A stretch of 64,000 bases of DNA from Octopus sinensis. Its lineage: Eukaryota. How positions within the stretch are numbered: the first letter of the stretch is position 1; each line of letters opens with the position of its first letter. The stretch spans positions 70,246,001 through 70,310,000 of the forward strand of contig NC_043005.1 in the NCBI RefSeq assembly GCF_006345805.1, given 5' to 3'. Made by a program: the position numbers and the translations under genes. Under the pieces are notes generated by a model that was not told where the DNA came from, did no database searches, and saw only the letters and a list, made by a program, of their open reading frames with translations. Below, piece after piece: positions 38,611 to 51,592 of the stretch.

Positions 38611-40699
38611 TGGCACATGTGCTAGTGATAGCATAGCGGCACATATCTAATACTCCTCACGCATGTGCGTTATGTGATATGCCAGTGACATTACTCGCTT
38701 AGGCCATGAGAGAGAATTTAACGTCCGAGGGATCGTTATGATCACGTAGATATAGTGATAACTTAGCGAAGACAGATGTATGCCACTTAATCACCTGTGG
38801 ACTGTTTTGGACCTCGATGTGGGTGGTGTTTCTGCTGCGTGAATGAGATTCAGGAATAGAGGGAGATGATATTCTTCGTAGAGACATTACGCATAATATA
38901 GCCACGTCCAGGATACTGGATTTATAGGGTACAAAGGTTTTATTTATATATCGAAAGCGCTTATCTTCTATATGAATACGAGTTATTAAATTTCAGAATA
39001 ATTCAGTTTATTGAAATATGCGCAATCTTACTTGGAGGCAGATTGAGTACTGGAAAACCCCAGGCGAGTAGGGTGATGCCCTGTCTTGTATACACCATTT
39101 AACGTTCTGTGAGCTGTTACTTATATTTTAGTTCCGAAAATTATTTATATGGCTAGAGGTGTTTAGATTTAAAACTTTCAATGTGTGAACAAGATTTGTC
39201 CTATAGAGTGTATTAGGTACTTCTCTTGCATATAAAATACATTTCATTTTACATTTATCACGAAAAAGACAACAATTTATTACATCATGTTCAGTTGTAG
39301 TAGCAGTTATATAACTTAATTTTCGGTAGATTCAATGTGAATGTTTAAAAGTATTAAATTTGTTTCAAGTTTTTCTGTGATTGAATATGTAATTTTAATA
39401 TAGTCTTGTAAATTATTTTGTAATATGGCTTCTTCTGAAAGAAAATATTTCTTTCATACACTAAAGAATATTTATCGACAGGTTTTGCTCAAACTCTGTT
39501 GGCGGATTATACTAGATAATATTTTTTGCTTCGGGCTAGTGATTATAGTTCTCTGGGTATTTCTTCATATATAATTCTTTCGCGGAATCTGTTGCGTAAA
39601 AGAAAATCATTACAATATTGTGGGTCCCTCCTTGAAGGTCTCTGAAGTTGTAGATCGATTATATAACTTCGGAAAAATATTCTTACCTGGATATTAATTA
39701 TATACTTAAGGCAATTGAATTATACGGAGATGAAGTGTACAGTTCCATTCAACTTGGCCTGTAAGAAGTGATGTGTACAGTTCTGTTCAATTTGGCCTGT
39801 AAGAAAAAGTAATTGGAAGCGTGGTTTGCATTATGATTTGTGCTCGCCTGTCATTGAAAAAGATAGGTGTTTCTTTTTTCTTTTAATCTTTGATTTTATC
39901 TATTATTCTGGTTATCAAAGGATAGAAGACGTTGTTTTTTGTAGAACTATATTGGATCTTTACCTTTTGACCCACAGATTTCAAATATAATTTTTTGTGA
40001 CTAAACACGTTCAAACTTCGTTTACTTGTAGAATAGTTGTTGACAAACAACGGAAGTAATTTTATTCAGCTGAATACAAGTCATTGATTGGTTGAAATTA
40101 TCGAAATACGACAATTTAGACAAAAACTAACTTCCAAAATACAGAATTTTCTCAACAACGCCAAGAGTAAAAGATGTGACACATTCTACCAGTATACGAA
40201 GTTTGAAAGTGTTTAGTTACAAAAAATTATTTTTTAAATCTGCCGGTCAAAAGTTAAAGATCCACTACATTTAACTTGGAAATCAATTTAGATGTAAATT
40301 TGTATAATATGCATAATCCTGCAATAGTCTGGCTTCCAACAAAATCTTTTGTTCATGCTATCGTTGAATTGTAAGATAGAATTATTTTATCTGAAATAAC
40401 CAAGTTTTGATAAAGTATGGTCTAAAATTTGTGCACTTTAATATCGATTTCAAAAATGTCAGTATTTGTTGTCACTGTGGTGATACTATGCAGATCATGT
40501 CGATATGTTTTAGAAATAGAAAAGTAACATTCCTGAATGTCAAATTGTAAGAAATTTCAAATCTGTCTGTTATGGAAAATACGAATCAATCTATGGCAGC
40601 TTGGCTGTCATTTCCTTTCCTTCTAGTGTGAACATAGACAGGCATACATGGATGTATCTGCATATAATCATGTATGTGAACGCATGTGCATGTGTGTGC

Positions 40700-40772
<73 letters not shown>

Positions 40773-40781
40773 CACACTTAT

Positions 40782-41085
40782 ATACAAAATCAATTAAACC
40801 TATTTTATATCACTGTTGCACAAAGTTTTGTGATACCACCTTTCTGTATAGCTAAGAGTTCATTAGAGATTAAAAGTGCCTTTACGTGTCACATATGTAT
40901 GTGTGTATGCCTCCATGAATATATATATATATATCAATATACGTGAATACATACGTACGTACACACATACATACAAAATCAATTAAACCGATTTTATATC
41001 GCTGTTGCACAAAGTTTTGTGTTACCACCTCGCTATATATCCAAGAGTTCATTTCAGATTAAAAGTTCATTTAGGTGTTATATAT
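40782..41085 (+). repeat. Two ~115-bp direct repeats (period 189) separated by TA/CA tracts
   Basis: ATACAAAATCAATTAAACC...CTGTTGCACAAAGTTTTGTG at 40782 and 40971. Confidence 0.9.
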
Positions 41086-41395
41086 TAAGTGCAAACGAAG
41101 CTTATGAGATGCTTTGATTAAAACGAGTTTAGTGTACAAAATTAACAGTTAATATAATTAAATTATGACAGTTGATAACGCATCTAGATACATGAAGTAA
41201 CAAACATATAACATTTTGCGTACGGAGAAAATGGATACGCAAAAGACTGTGAGCTTTGATAGAGGGAAAGAAATATAGGTAAACAGAATTCGCAGATGGG
41301 GATGGAAAAGCTGAAAATGAAATATAGAGTTTTAACTGAAATGAGTTTAAAAGATAAATGTCAGAAGACGGGAGAAAATAATTAAGTAGCTGCAG

Positions 41396-42285
41396 TTGCA
41401 GAATGGGAATAGCTGGAATGAAATGGAATGCAGAATGGGGAGTGCTACAATAATATATATTGCATAATGGGGAGAGCCACAAATGAAATAGACTGCAGAA
41501 TGGGAAGAGCTAGATTGAAATAGACTGCAGAATGGGAGAGCTACAATAATATAGACTGCAGAATGGGAAGAGCTAGAATGAAACAGACTGCAGAATGGGA
41601 AGAGCTAGAATGAAATAGGCTGCAGAATGGGAAGAGCTAGAATGAAATAGACTGCAGAATGGGAAGAGCTAGAATGAAATAGACTGCAGAATAGGGAGAG
41701 CTAGAATGAAATAGACTGCAGAATGGGGAGAGCTACAAATGAAATAGACTGCAGAATGGAGAGAGCTACAATGAAATAAACTGCAGAATAGGGAGAGCTA
41801 GAATGAAATAGACTGCAGAATGGGAAGAGCTAGAATGAAATAGACTGCAGAAAGGGAAGAGCTAGAATGAAATAGACTGCAGAATGGGAAGAGCTAGAAT
41901 GAAATAGACTGCAGAATGGGAAGAGCTACAAATGAAATAGTCTACAGAATAGGGAGAGCTAGAATGAAATAGACTGCAGAATGGGGAGAGCTACAAATGA
42001 AATAGTCTACAGAATAGGAAGAGCTAGAATGAAATAGACTGCAGAATGGGAAGAGCTAGAATGAAATAGACTGCAGAATGGGAGACCTACAATGATATAG
42101 ACTCCCCAATGGGGAGAGTTACAAATGAAATAGACTGCAGAATGGAGAGAGCTAGAATGGAATCGACTGCTGAATGGGAAGAGCTACAATAATATAGACT
42201 GCACAAAATGAAATAGACTGTAAAATAGGGAGAGCTAGAATGAAATTGACTGCAGAATGGGAAGAGCTAGAATGAAATTGTTGCA
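41396..42285 (+). repeat. 32-bp minisatellite, ~28 copies (consensus GAATGAAATAGACTGCAGAATGGGAAGAGCTA)
   Basis: Period measured at 41641/41673; degenerate copies at both edges. Confidence 0.95.
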
Positions 42286-42466
42286 GTTGAGGAACAGGGA
42301 GATTTAATATGAAATAAACTATACGATCGAATTGTTGTTTGCATTAGATATGTTTGGATACTTAACGTCGTAACACAGCAGTGCATAACGAAATGCGGTT
42401 TCCCTACAAGTCATTCATATGCATGTACAGCTGTTAGCAATGTATCTAATATCTAAATTTGGTATC

Positions 42467-42652
42467 AAGGTGGCGCGATGGCAGAATCGTTGGCATGCTG
42501 AACAAGATGCTTAGCGGTTTTTTCGTCCTGCTTTATGATCTGAGTTCAACTAACACCGGTCTCAATAAAGTAAGTACCAGTTGAGTACTGGGATCGATGG
42601 AATCGACTTCCACCTGCCCGAAATGTTCTGGCCTTGTCCAAAATTTGTAATC
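42467..42652 (+). mobile_element. SINE family B variant with a different 3' tail and internal deletion
   Basis: GGCAGAATCGTTGGCATGC...CTGAGTTCAA...AAGTACCAGTTGAGTACTGGGATCGATG, then CTGGCCTTGTCCAAAATTTG. Confidence 0.7.
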
Positions 42653-43845
42653 GATGTGCAAAATTGGTATCTCCAGTAATGTTACACTGCTATATTTGAT
42701 AGGTATTTAAGGGATGAGTTCGTGGATTGCTAATGGGTTGGACGTGGTGGGAATGAAGGAGCAAATACTTCTAAAATGTGGCATATTAAATATTTTACCA
42801 TCTTCGATCTTATTGTTGTTTACATTAAACATAGTCGCATACGAAACGTCTTAATTAATCAGTGATGGCTATAATTTCTATAGCACATCTGTAGAGGTAT
42901 CTTTAACACGTGATATGAGAGAAGAGTTAATATTTGAATCAATGCATACAAGAACGTCTGTAATTGATTGGATGTCGAGTGAAAGAAGCACAGAAGCTAA
43001 GGAAAGGAAATCAGGATTTTATCAAAATTTACTAAAAGAAAAGTTTCGGATAGTGAAGTAAAAGAGAAATTCACGTTATTATAAAAACAAGAAGAGAAAC
43101 AAAAGAAAAATGCAGTGTATCAATAGTACAGAGTGACCGGCTTATCGGATTTTGAATAAAACACAGCAAAATAACGGATAATATTTAATAGACAAAGATA
43201 AATCCGATTTCTTTACATAATTTTCAGAAAAAGAGAAGTCAAATACCAATAGTTTTTCAAGAGTTGATCCAGCCTAATAATAGCCTTCCACACAAAAAGA
43301 TGAGTTAGACAAATAAAATCTAAAGATTGTTTGGACAAGATATTTATAGTGTTTGAAGAGACTTCAAAAACAATTGAAGAAGCTTTTTTAAAAATATTGC
43401 ATCTGAGGAATCACGATGTGTTCAGTCAATTGGTAGAATGAAATACAGAGTGAGCCAAGAGTCACAAACAAAAAGTTCAATACGCTTCGGAATTGTAAAA
43501 GATATGCTTCAACTTTTCTAAAATTGAATGAGATTAATAAACAAATGATGAATGCACAATCAATTGTACGTGATGAACAAAATAAATAATAACAATCATA
43601 ATAATGTAATATGAAAATAATAATAAAAGTCTTGGTGCGTGACTTTTGGCTCAAATTGTATATTAGAGTAGATAAGTTAAGATTGAAGGTCTCAAAAGAC
43701 AAAACTTTTCATTGGTAAACAAGCAGCAAGATAGTTTTCCTCCAATGTATAGCTTTGAATGTTCGACAACAGACCAAAAATATGTACATTGATATGAGAG
43801 ACACCTATTCATTCCCGAAATTGACTGCCAGTTGTCTCGATGAAT

Positions 43846-44095
43846 TGGCCTAGTGGTTAAGGTGTTGCACTCACGATTACGACATCATCTTGGTTTCGAT
43901 TCACAAACAAGATATGTGTTGTGTTCTTGAGCAAAACACTTCATTTCACATTGCTCTAGTCCACTCAGCTGTAGATTGGTGACATTCAAACCGATTAGCG
44001 TACAAGAGTGGGATGGCAACTCAGAAAAAGAATCACTCGAATTGAAGGCTCGCGAGCCACGTTCTGTATTCAGAGATCGAAAGGATGAATAATAC
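43846..44095 (+). mobile_element. tRNA-derived SINE family C, copy 1
   Basis: A-box TGGCCTAGTGG, B-box-like GGTTTCGATTC, CORE-like GTGTTCTTGAGCAAAACACTT. Confidence 0.75.
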
Positions 44096-44117
44096 AACTC
44101 GTACTCTGAATTCTATA

Positions 44118-44390
44118 TGGTTCAGTGGTTAGAGCGTCGAGCTCACAATCATAAGGTAGTGAATTCGATTCCCGGACCGAGCTATGTGTTGTGTTCTTGA
44201 GCAAGATACTATAATTCAACTTGCTCCAGTTCACTCAGTTGTCTTATAGAAATCAGTCGCAACGTCACTGGTTGTATCGGCTTTCTCTTTCCCTTGGGCA
44301 ACATCGGTGGCATAGAGAGGGAAAGCTGGTATGCATGGGTGACTGCTGCTCTTCCATAAGCAACCTTGCCCGGGCTTGTAGCTTGGAGGA
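44118..44390 (+). mobile_element. tRNA-derived SINE family C, copy 2 (different 3' part)
   Basis: TGGTTCAGTGGTTAGAGCG...TTCGATTCCCGG...GTGTTCTTGAGCAAGATACT. Confidence 0.78.
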
Positions 44391-44580
44391 GAACAATGCA
44401 CCACCACCACCACACCACACATACGTATACACACATGCATATGTATGCATGTATGTCTGTATGTATATGTATGTGTGTGTGTGTTTGTAGAGAGACAGTA
44501 AGCGAAAGCAGGGTCTAAGGAAATTAATCGCCTCGTGAGAAAATTCTGTCTGCTAAAACATCAATGATGGAAAATCAGAA

Positions 44581-45028
44581 TACTCTTTTACTCGTTTCAG
44601 TCATTTGACTGTGGCCATGCTGAAGCACCACCTTTAGTCGAGCAAATCGCCCCCAGGACTTATTCGACCCTAGTACTTATTCTATCGGTCTCTTTTGCCG
44701 AACCGCTAGGTTACGGGGACGCAAACGCACTACTATCAGTTGTCAAGCGATGTTGGGGAGACAAACACAGACACACAAACATACACACACACAAACACAC
44801 ACAAACACACACACACAAACACACACACACAAACACACATATTTATATATATATATATATATATACGACGGGCTTCTTTCCGTTTCCGTCTAACAAATCC
44901 ACTCACAAGACTTTGGTCAGCCCGAGGCTATAGTAGAAGACACTTGCTCAAGGTACCACGCAGTGGGAATGAACACGGAACCATGTGGTTGGTAAGCAAG
45001 CTACTTATCGCACAGCTACTCCTGCGCC
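44581..45028 (-). mobile_element. SINE family A, full length
   Basis: Matches family A; internal (CA)n/(TA)n. Confidence 0.92.
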
Positions 45029-46275
45029 TGCATAAAAAACTTCCAAAATCCGAAGAAATTCATGAGTTCATAATATGAAACTGTTTCAGAAATAAAGTAA
45101 AAGCGAAAAGAATGAAAACGGTGCTACAATTGTTTCAGTAGCTCCTGGAGACTTTCAACAATTAGCACATTTGCTGGTGCATATAAATATGGGTTTATGT
45201 AAATCTATACTGTAAACCTAGCTCTTTTTCTATCTTATATGACTATACCTTTCCTTTATTTTCTGCCCTAAAACGCCTGATCCTAAGTTCTGTCTTCTGA
45301 AACCTACACTAAGCTTGAAACGTCAAGGTCACTCCAGAAACACTAAACTAATAATCTCACACAGTTACTTTTTGTTTCTGTTTTGAATTTTTTTTTTTCT
45401 ATTTGTTCTTCATTTCAGGATTAATATTAGAAATGTAGACACACACATAAACACAACCACACATGTAACTACACTCACATACACGGATATGTATGTATAT
45501 ATGTACCTATGTATATATTTATGTATGTATACCATTTATTAAACAAGATACATTTCACTAGCTTCATTGCCAGTATTTCTTCCGAATTCTAACGATTTTT
45601 TAACTATTTATAACAATTTTCTTTAAGTATATCGTAAATTCTAATAACATCACAATGAAGTGCCTATATACAATACCTCTTCATCAATATCGTTCGCCTT
45701 TTTCCAAAAGTTATTTACTTATATTTTCTCTAGGTAATTTTAATACACTGTAAACCACATTTTCAATATTTCTGAGACAGTCGCTAATAAAGCAATATGC
45801 TCAGCTAAATCATATATTACGTGTCATCGCTAATTCCACTACCAACTCTGTATATTTCCATTATCTTTGCATTATCGTGTTAGTACGCTTCCTTTTCACT
45901 AAGCACCAAGACTTAAAGAACAATCTAATTTTTAGCCTAACATCGCAATATCCTGTTTCATATATTTAAATACACGTGTCTGTGTCTTCTGTCACTTCGT
46001 TCTATTTCTCCATTAATATTATCCTGAGATCAAATTTCGAACATTGTTTAAGAGTTTTACTATTTAATCAACAAGTAATGTGTTTTAATAGGCCTTATAC
46101 ACAGGTAATAAAAACCAAGCAAGGATTTATTCGTTTCTCAGTAAGGTTATTTACCGTTTAAACTACAATATGCTATAAAAAAAAATTATTAGCAAAACCT
46201 TTTTAGAAAGCAAAATTTGAATAATATTCAATTACAGTAAATAATACTTTTTTTTAAATATTGGTACAGGCTAAT

Positions 46276-46926
46276 AAGATGTGCTCTGAGAAAGGAGAGA
46301 GTATAAGCTATAAGCTCGCACTACGCGAATACAAAAGGAGACACGACAATGTGGCCAGAATTGTGCACTTGCTGTTATGCGGTAAAGGAAACCTTGAGAG
46401 AACCGAACAATGGTATGATCACAAGCCAAAGGGAGTAATGGAAAACGAACATTACAAAATATTCTGGTGTTTTAACATACAGTGCGACTAAGTCATGAAG
46501 GTGAGACACCCAGTTATCGTGCTTATCCTAAAGATGAAAAGGAAGTGAAGATAATAGATGTTGCAACTGCAGGTGATTCGAAGGTGAAATGTAAGGAAAC
46601 AGAAAAGATTGGGAAATACCATCCACAGCAGGAAGAAATAGGAAAGTTATGGGGCACGAGGAAAGCAGTGGTGATACTTGTGGTGAATGGAGCATTAGGA
46701 GTAGATTCCATGGGCTTTGAAAAACATATTAAGAATTTTGAAGCTGCTGTCAGACTCGAAGTGATCCAGAAGGCACCATTGTTGGGTGCTGCTCGCATTC
46801 TAAGGAATGCTGCTTTTTATTGTTTTGTTTTTTAGTCACAGAAGGCACTACTTGAAACCTTTGGAGATTCGTTATTGACTGCTTTCAAGTAAAGAATACT
46901 CGGTAATTATGAACTATCCGAGTCTT
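46276..46926 (+). mobile_element. 5'-truncated R4/Dong-clade non-LTR retrotransposon (restriction-like endonuclease end and 3' UTR)
   Basis: YKRRHDNVARIVH, WYDHKP, IIDVA, EKIGKY, GALG, IQKAPLLGAARILR; followed by (TAA/TGA)n. Confidence 0.85.
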
Positions 46927-47016
46927 TAATGATAATAATAATGATAATAATAATGATGATAATAATAATAATAATATTAATAATAATAATAACAACAACA
47001 ACAACAACAACAACAA

Positions 47017-47074
<58 letters not shown>

Positions 47075-47128
47075 AACAACAACAACAACAATAATAATAA
47101 GAAGAAGAAGAAGGAGAAGAAGAACAAG

Positions 47129-47164
<36 letters not shown>

Positions 47165-47190
47165 AATAATAATAATAATAATAATAATAC
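46927..47190. repeat. Compound (ATA)(ACA)(GCA)(AGA)n microsatellite
   Basis: Read directly. Confidence 0.97.
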
Positions 47191-47267
47191 AGTTAATATT
47201 CTGCTTAATACCACAGATTTGTTTGTCAGTTGTTTGACATTAACCAGTTCAGCATGTCCCGTTATAC

Positions 47268-47372
47268 TGAGTATAAAGTCGACCGCAGGGGAATTTTAAC
47301 TCTGAACGTAAAGACGGACGAAATGCTGCAACTTATTTCACCCAATACTAATGATTTTGCCAGCTCACTCCC
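47268..47372 (-). mobile_element. SINE family B 5' fragment
   Basis: AAAGTCGACC...AACTCTGAACGTAAAGACGGACGAAAT...TTTTGCCAGCTCAC matches 3320-3400. Confidence 0.7.
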
Positions 47373-47414
47373 TTTGATGATAATGATAACAATTATGATA
47401 ATTATGATGATAAT

Positions 47415-47985
47415 AAACATGTACATTGTTTTGTCTTGAAGCAATATCAGGCAGTGGCTTTCATGGCTTCTCATTTTAACTGATCGGGAGTGTTATCATG
47501 TACGTTGTTTTGTCTTGGTGTAAAAGATAGGCCACAGCATTCTACTGTATACCACAGATTTTCCTGTCAGTTGTTTCACCATCACCAGTTGAGCATGTCT
47601 CTTTCTGGTTGATGATATTTGTGTCTCTGTTCACGCGAAGTAGTGGGGGAGCATCGTATCCATGTGCTGAGAGGAATTCTTTGAAGTTTGAATAATTTAC
47701 CTCTGGAAGCATGGGTGTTTTGTTCAACATCATTAAGCAACTCTTATTTAAGAACCTTTTAAGCGGGATGAGCTACTCGATCTGAAGAAAATTATAACTA
47801 GGCTCCACCTGCAAGGTCTTGTGCTGTTTATCTTGATATGAGATCACCATGTCGCTCACATATGGTTGTGATGCCTGTGCCTAGTGTACTCTTATCAGAC
47901 GGGTAGTCATGATGGGTATACTGAGCTTTGTATATTTTACTCCAGTGTCACTTAGATGGCATGCACTGCTCTCTCACTCAATAAT
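47415..47985 (+). mobile_element. Unclassified ~570-bp interspersed repeat in (ATA)n context; partial copies at ~47205-47260 (+) and 48085-48255 (-)
   Basis: 47653-47680 matches the reverse complement of 48098-48125 at 24/28; ACCACAGATTT...GTCAGTTGTTT occurs twice. Confidence 0.7.
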
Positions 47986-48471
47986 AGCAACTCGGCCAGC
48001 AACTGCTATTTTCTATGTGATTACCCTTAGAAAGTATGAAGATGGCTAATATTCACCTCAGACATTGTTCTTTTTTTTACATTCATTCAAACAGCAGAGA
48101 ATCCCTCTCAACACATGGCTATGATACTCTCCTACTACTCCTACTCATGATCAGATGAGTACATATTGTCAGCCACAACTGGAAATGCCCAGGTGGTTAT
48201 GGTCAAACCCCGGAGAAGCAAATATTTGATACTGAGCCGAATATGTGCTATAATGATGTTTCTGCCTCAGCAAACAAGTGCTGAATCTGCTTGAAATGTA
48301 ATGTCAGTTCCAAAACATTGATGTCCAGATTACGAAAGCAAGGTGTAAAGGGAATAATAGTCACTTCTTTTGATTTTACGATGCAAACAAATACGAAATG
48401 ACACTTATTGACCGATGAACGAAAGAAATTAAAATTTTGTTACACAGTGTAATTTCATCATTCTTTATTTC

Positions 48472-48535
<64 letters not shown>

Positions 48536-50552
48536 TGTTCAAGCAAACCTCCACTATGCAGCTCCTGTAGGATTGATTCACTGCACATGTATCAAAAGGA
48601 CATTTCTACATGAAGTCATATAAATGGTCGTATTAATCACACTCACCAATGCACACATCGTTTCTCTTCATATTTAATTTTCATCATCTTCTCCTCAAAC
48701 ATCACTACTATTAAAAAAAATTTACTTCATCAAAATAATCACTATTACCACCTGTAACTCACCTGTATTACTTTTTATCATCAATAGCGTTATGCGTGTT
48801 TAAAAGTGTGTGCATCTATGTATTATTCAAGATTACGTTTCTCAGTCTTATTTATGGACTCTGTTAGCTGTGCTATCTCTGAACGCTTTTCCGCTTGGGT
48901 GCTCCATATTCATTTTGTAAGATTTTCTATTCCTTCTATTGATATCTATTCCTCAGATATTCTAGCACTACAGATATTCTTGCCTCACATCATCATCATT
49001 ACTATAAACATCACTACCAAATACTTTATTCGTTTAGTTATTAATTATTTATTTATATAGTATCAAGTTTAATACATTTCCCTCTTAAACAGATCTGTAA
49101 ATTCACATTTTCATTCTCGAATGTTCTATCATCATAATTCCATCAAATCCACTAATGCTACAGCTATTTTCAATACATCCTACCATATTTGTAGCTATAA
49201 ACTTCCATTTATATTTGACTTTTGGTCTTATTTTATTTTCATTATCAACTTCATCACTCTCTACATATTTATTTGTTGTTTATTTGTATGATTTCATTTA
49301 TTTTTCAATAAAAGTATCAGTAATATATTTTACCTTGTTAATAGGTTTAAATTCAAGATCACAAATACCGTTCACTAATCCTCTACATGTTCAAAGAACA
49401 AAATAAAAAGGTTTTCTTTGAACTTACAGTTTTAATAAAGCATGTTCACATTTAATATATATAATATGAGGGATTTTTTCCTGACGGGTTCCATGATGTT
49501 TCTCTAAACATACAAACTTCGGATCAATATATATATAGAGAGAGAGTCAACAGGTGACATCCAGAGATGCTCAATATAGAAAACACTTATTAGTGCTCAA
49601 ATGATTTTCTCTTACACCCCGAATTATTTATCGAGAACTAAATCCATGGGGGTAAAGAATGGCTCTAAGAGAATCCAGAGGAGCTGAGGTGGAGTTAATG
49701 ATGGAAAAACACGTTTGGTCTTGATACATACAATATAAATACAAATATTCACGCAACTTGTATATGGAAAGTGAGAGACAACTGAAGCTGTTCAGATTAA
49801 TATTCGTGTATAAGCACAGACATTTATATATTTACGGAACGGCATTACATAGTAGTATGAATGATGCAAAACCTAAGGGATGAGGATATGGGATTTCAAG
49901 TTCGAGGGAAGTAGAATAGACGTGAAGAGTATAGAAATGAGAAGGAAAAGGTGGAAAGGAGTAGAATGGTTAGTATTATGAAGAAGGGTGGAATCGTTGT
50001 TGGGTATGTTGAAAACTGATGTTATTAATCAAGAATGGTCGAGGCTACAGAACTGAAAAAGGGAGGTAGGTACGATATGAGAAGTTAGGGACGGCTATTG
50101 AAATGACGGGAAGGGATCTACTCATAGATGCCGGCATGTAGGCGGCAGGGAACTTCGACGAATTCTCTCAATCTCTGTTCTGCCATGCCTATCTCGTTTT
50201 GCCCTACCTCTGTTTCAACATTCCCTCCTCCCTTCTGAACTGCCTACAACCTCCTTCCACTTAACTCATTCTACAGGTAAATACCCTGCATTATGATTTG
50301 AATTGCTAGATGCCGATCTCATCCCCCTGAACGAAGACCTGCTTTATGTTAATATTTATATTCATTCTCTACTCTGCCAACATTACAAAGATTTCGCAGT
50401 TCTGAGAATCCAGAAACAGCTGTAAGATCTGAGGTGCCCTCTGCCCTTAGCTTTCTATATTTTTGTACTCCATGCAAATCTGTTCTGTAAATATATGAAA
50501 ATCTATGTTGCTACATGAATGCTCATATTCAGAATATTTTCAATTTTTGTTG

Positions 50553-50600
<48 letters not shown>

Positions 50601-50721
50601 ACATATATTTACATGTATATATATGTATGTATATTTCATACACAAACCCCAAGCATATCTATTTGCAACATCATATCTCTCTCTCTCTCATTCTCTTCCT
50701 CTTTTACTACATCTATCTATC

Positions 50722-50800
<79 letters not shown>

Positions 50801-50822
50801 TAATGTATATACATATATATAC

Positions 50823-50881
<59 letters not shown>

Positions 50882-50975
50882 AATACATACACGTTTGTAT
50901 CTACGTATGTACACATACATGCATGCCTGCATACTTTCGCATATGTATATGCGTTTGTATCTGTGTGTACATGTA

Positions 50976-51006
<31 letters not shown>

Positions 51007-51592
51007 TTGCAAGCATTTGTCTGTATTCGTATCTATATGATATGTACGTACTTGTTGTACGTATATTTCATGTTAAAAAATGGAAAAATACCGTTTAAAA
51101 TCGATGCTTGGAGGAAATGCTTCAAGGAACTTCAATAAGATCATGACATAATATCAAAATCATTTACTGTCTGTTCAATTAGATACAACTACTTAAAGAG
51201 TCAGATGATAGAGGAAAAGTGACATTTGGAAAACATACCATTTCCTGCGGGGTATAGAATATAACAAATGATTCTCTACTTGTCCAGTATGATGCCTATC
51301 GTAGGATTCCATATATAGCTCTTAATCATAGCTACAAGGTGGAGAAATTGAGTTTACAGTCGTCAATGCTTACAAAAGCTTTACAGTACTTTGAAGCAAT
51401 TTGAAAATGCAAAAGATACAGTACGCGTAGGAGAGTCGAATCTCACGTAAATCGGTCACTGTGTCTGTTGTAGAGATCCTGTATATTTTAGCACTGTGCT
51501 TGCAGGAAGTATTTTCTGTTACCTATTTGTGATTCCGAATTTACAAAATTCTTGTCAGTATGTGGGTTAGGAGGATGAAGGTTTTTGTAATG

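Noticed and set aside
45293-45328. TCTT-CTGAAAC...GAAACGTC-AAGG minimal hammerhead relic
   Set aside because: GAAACGTC and a weak stem I are present, but the CUGANGA box and stem II are broken; at most a dead PLE relic.
50400-50427. CTGAGAATCCA-GAAACAGCTGTA hammerhead-like string
   Set aside because: Palindromic stem III, but no stem II, an incomplete core and almost no stem I.
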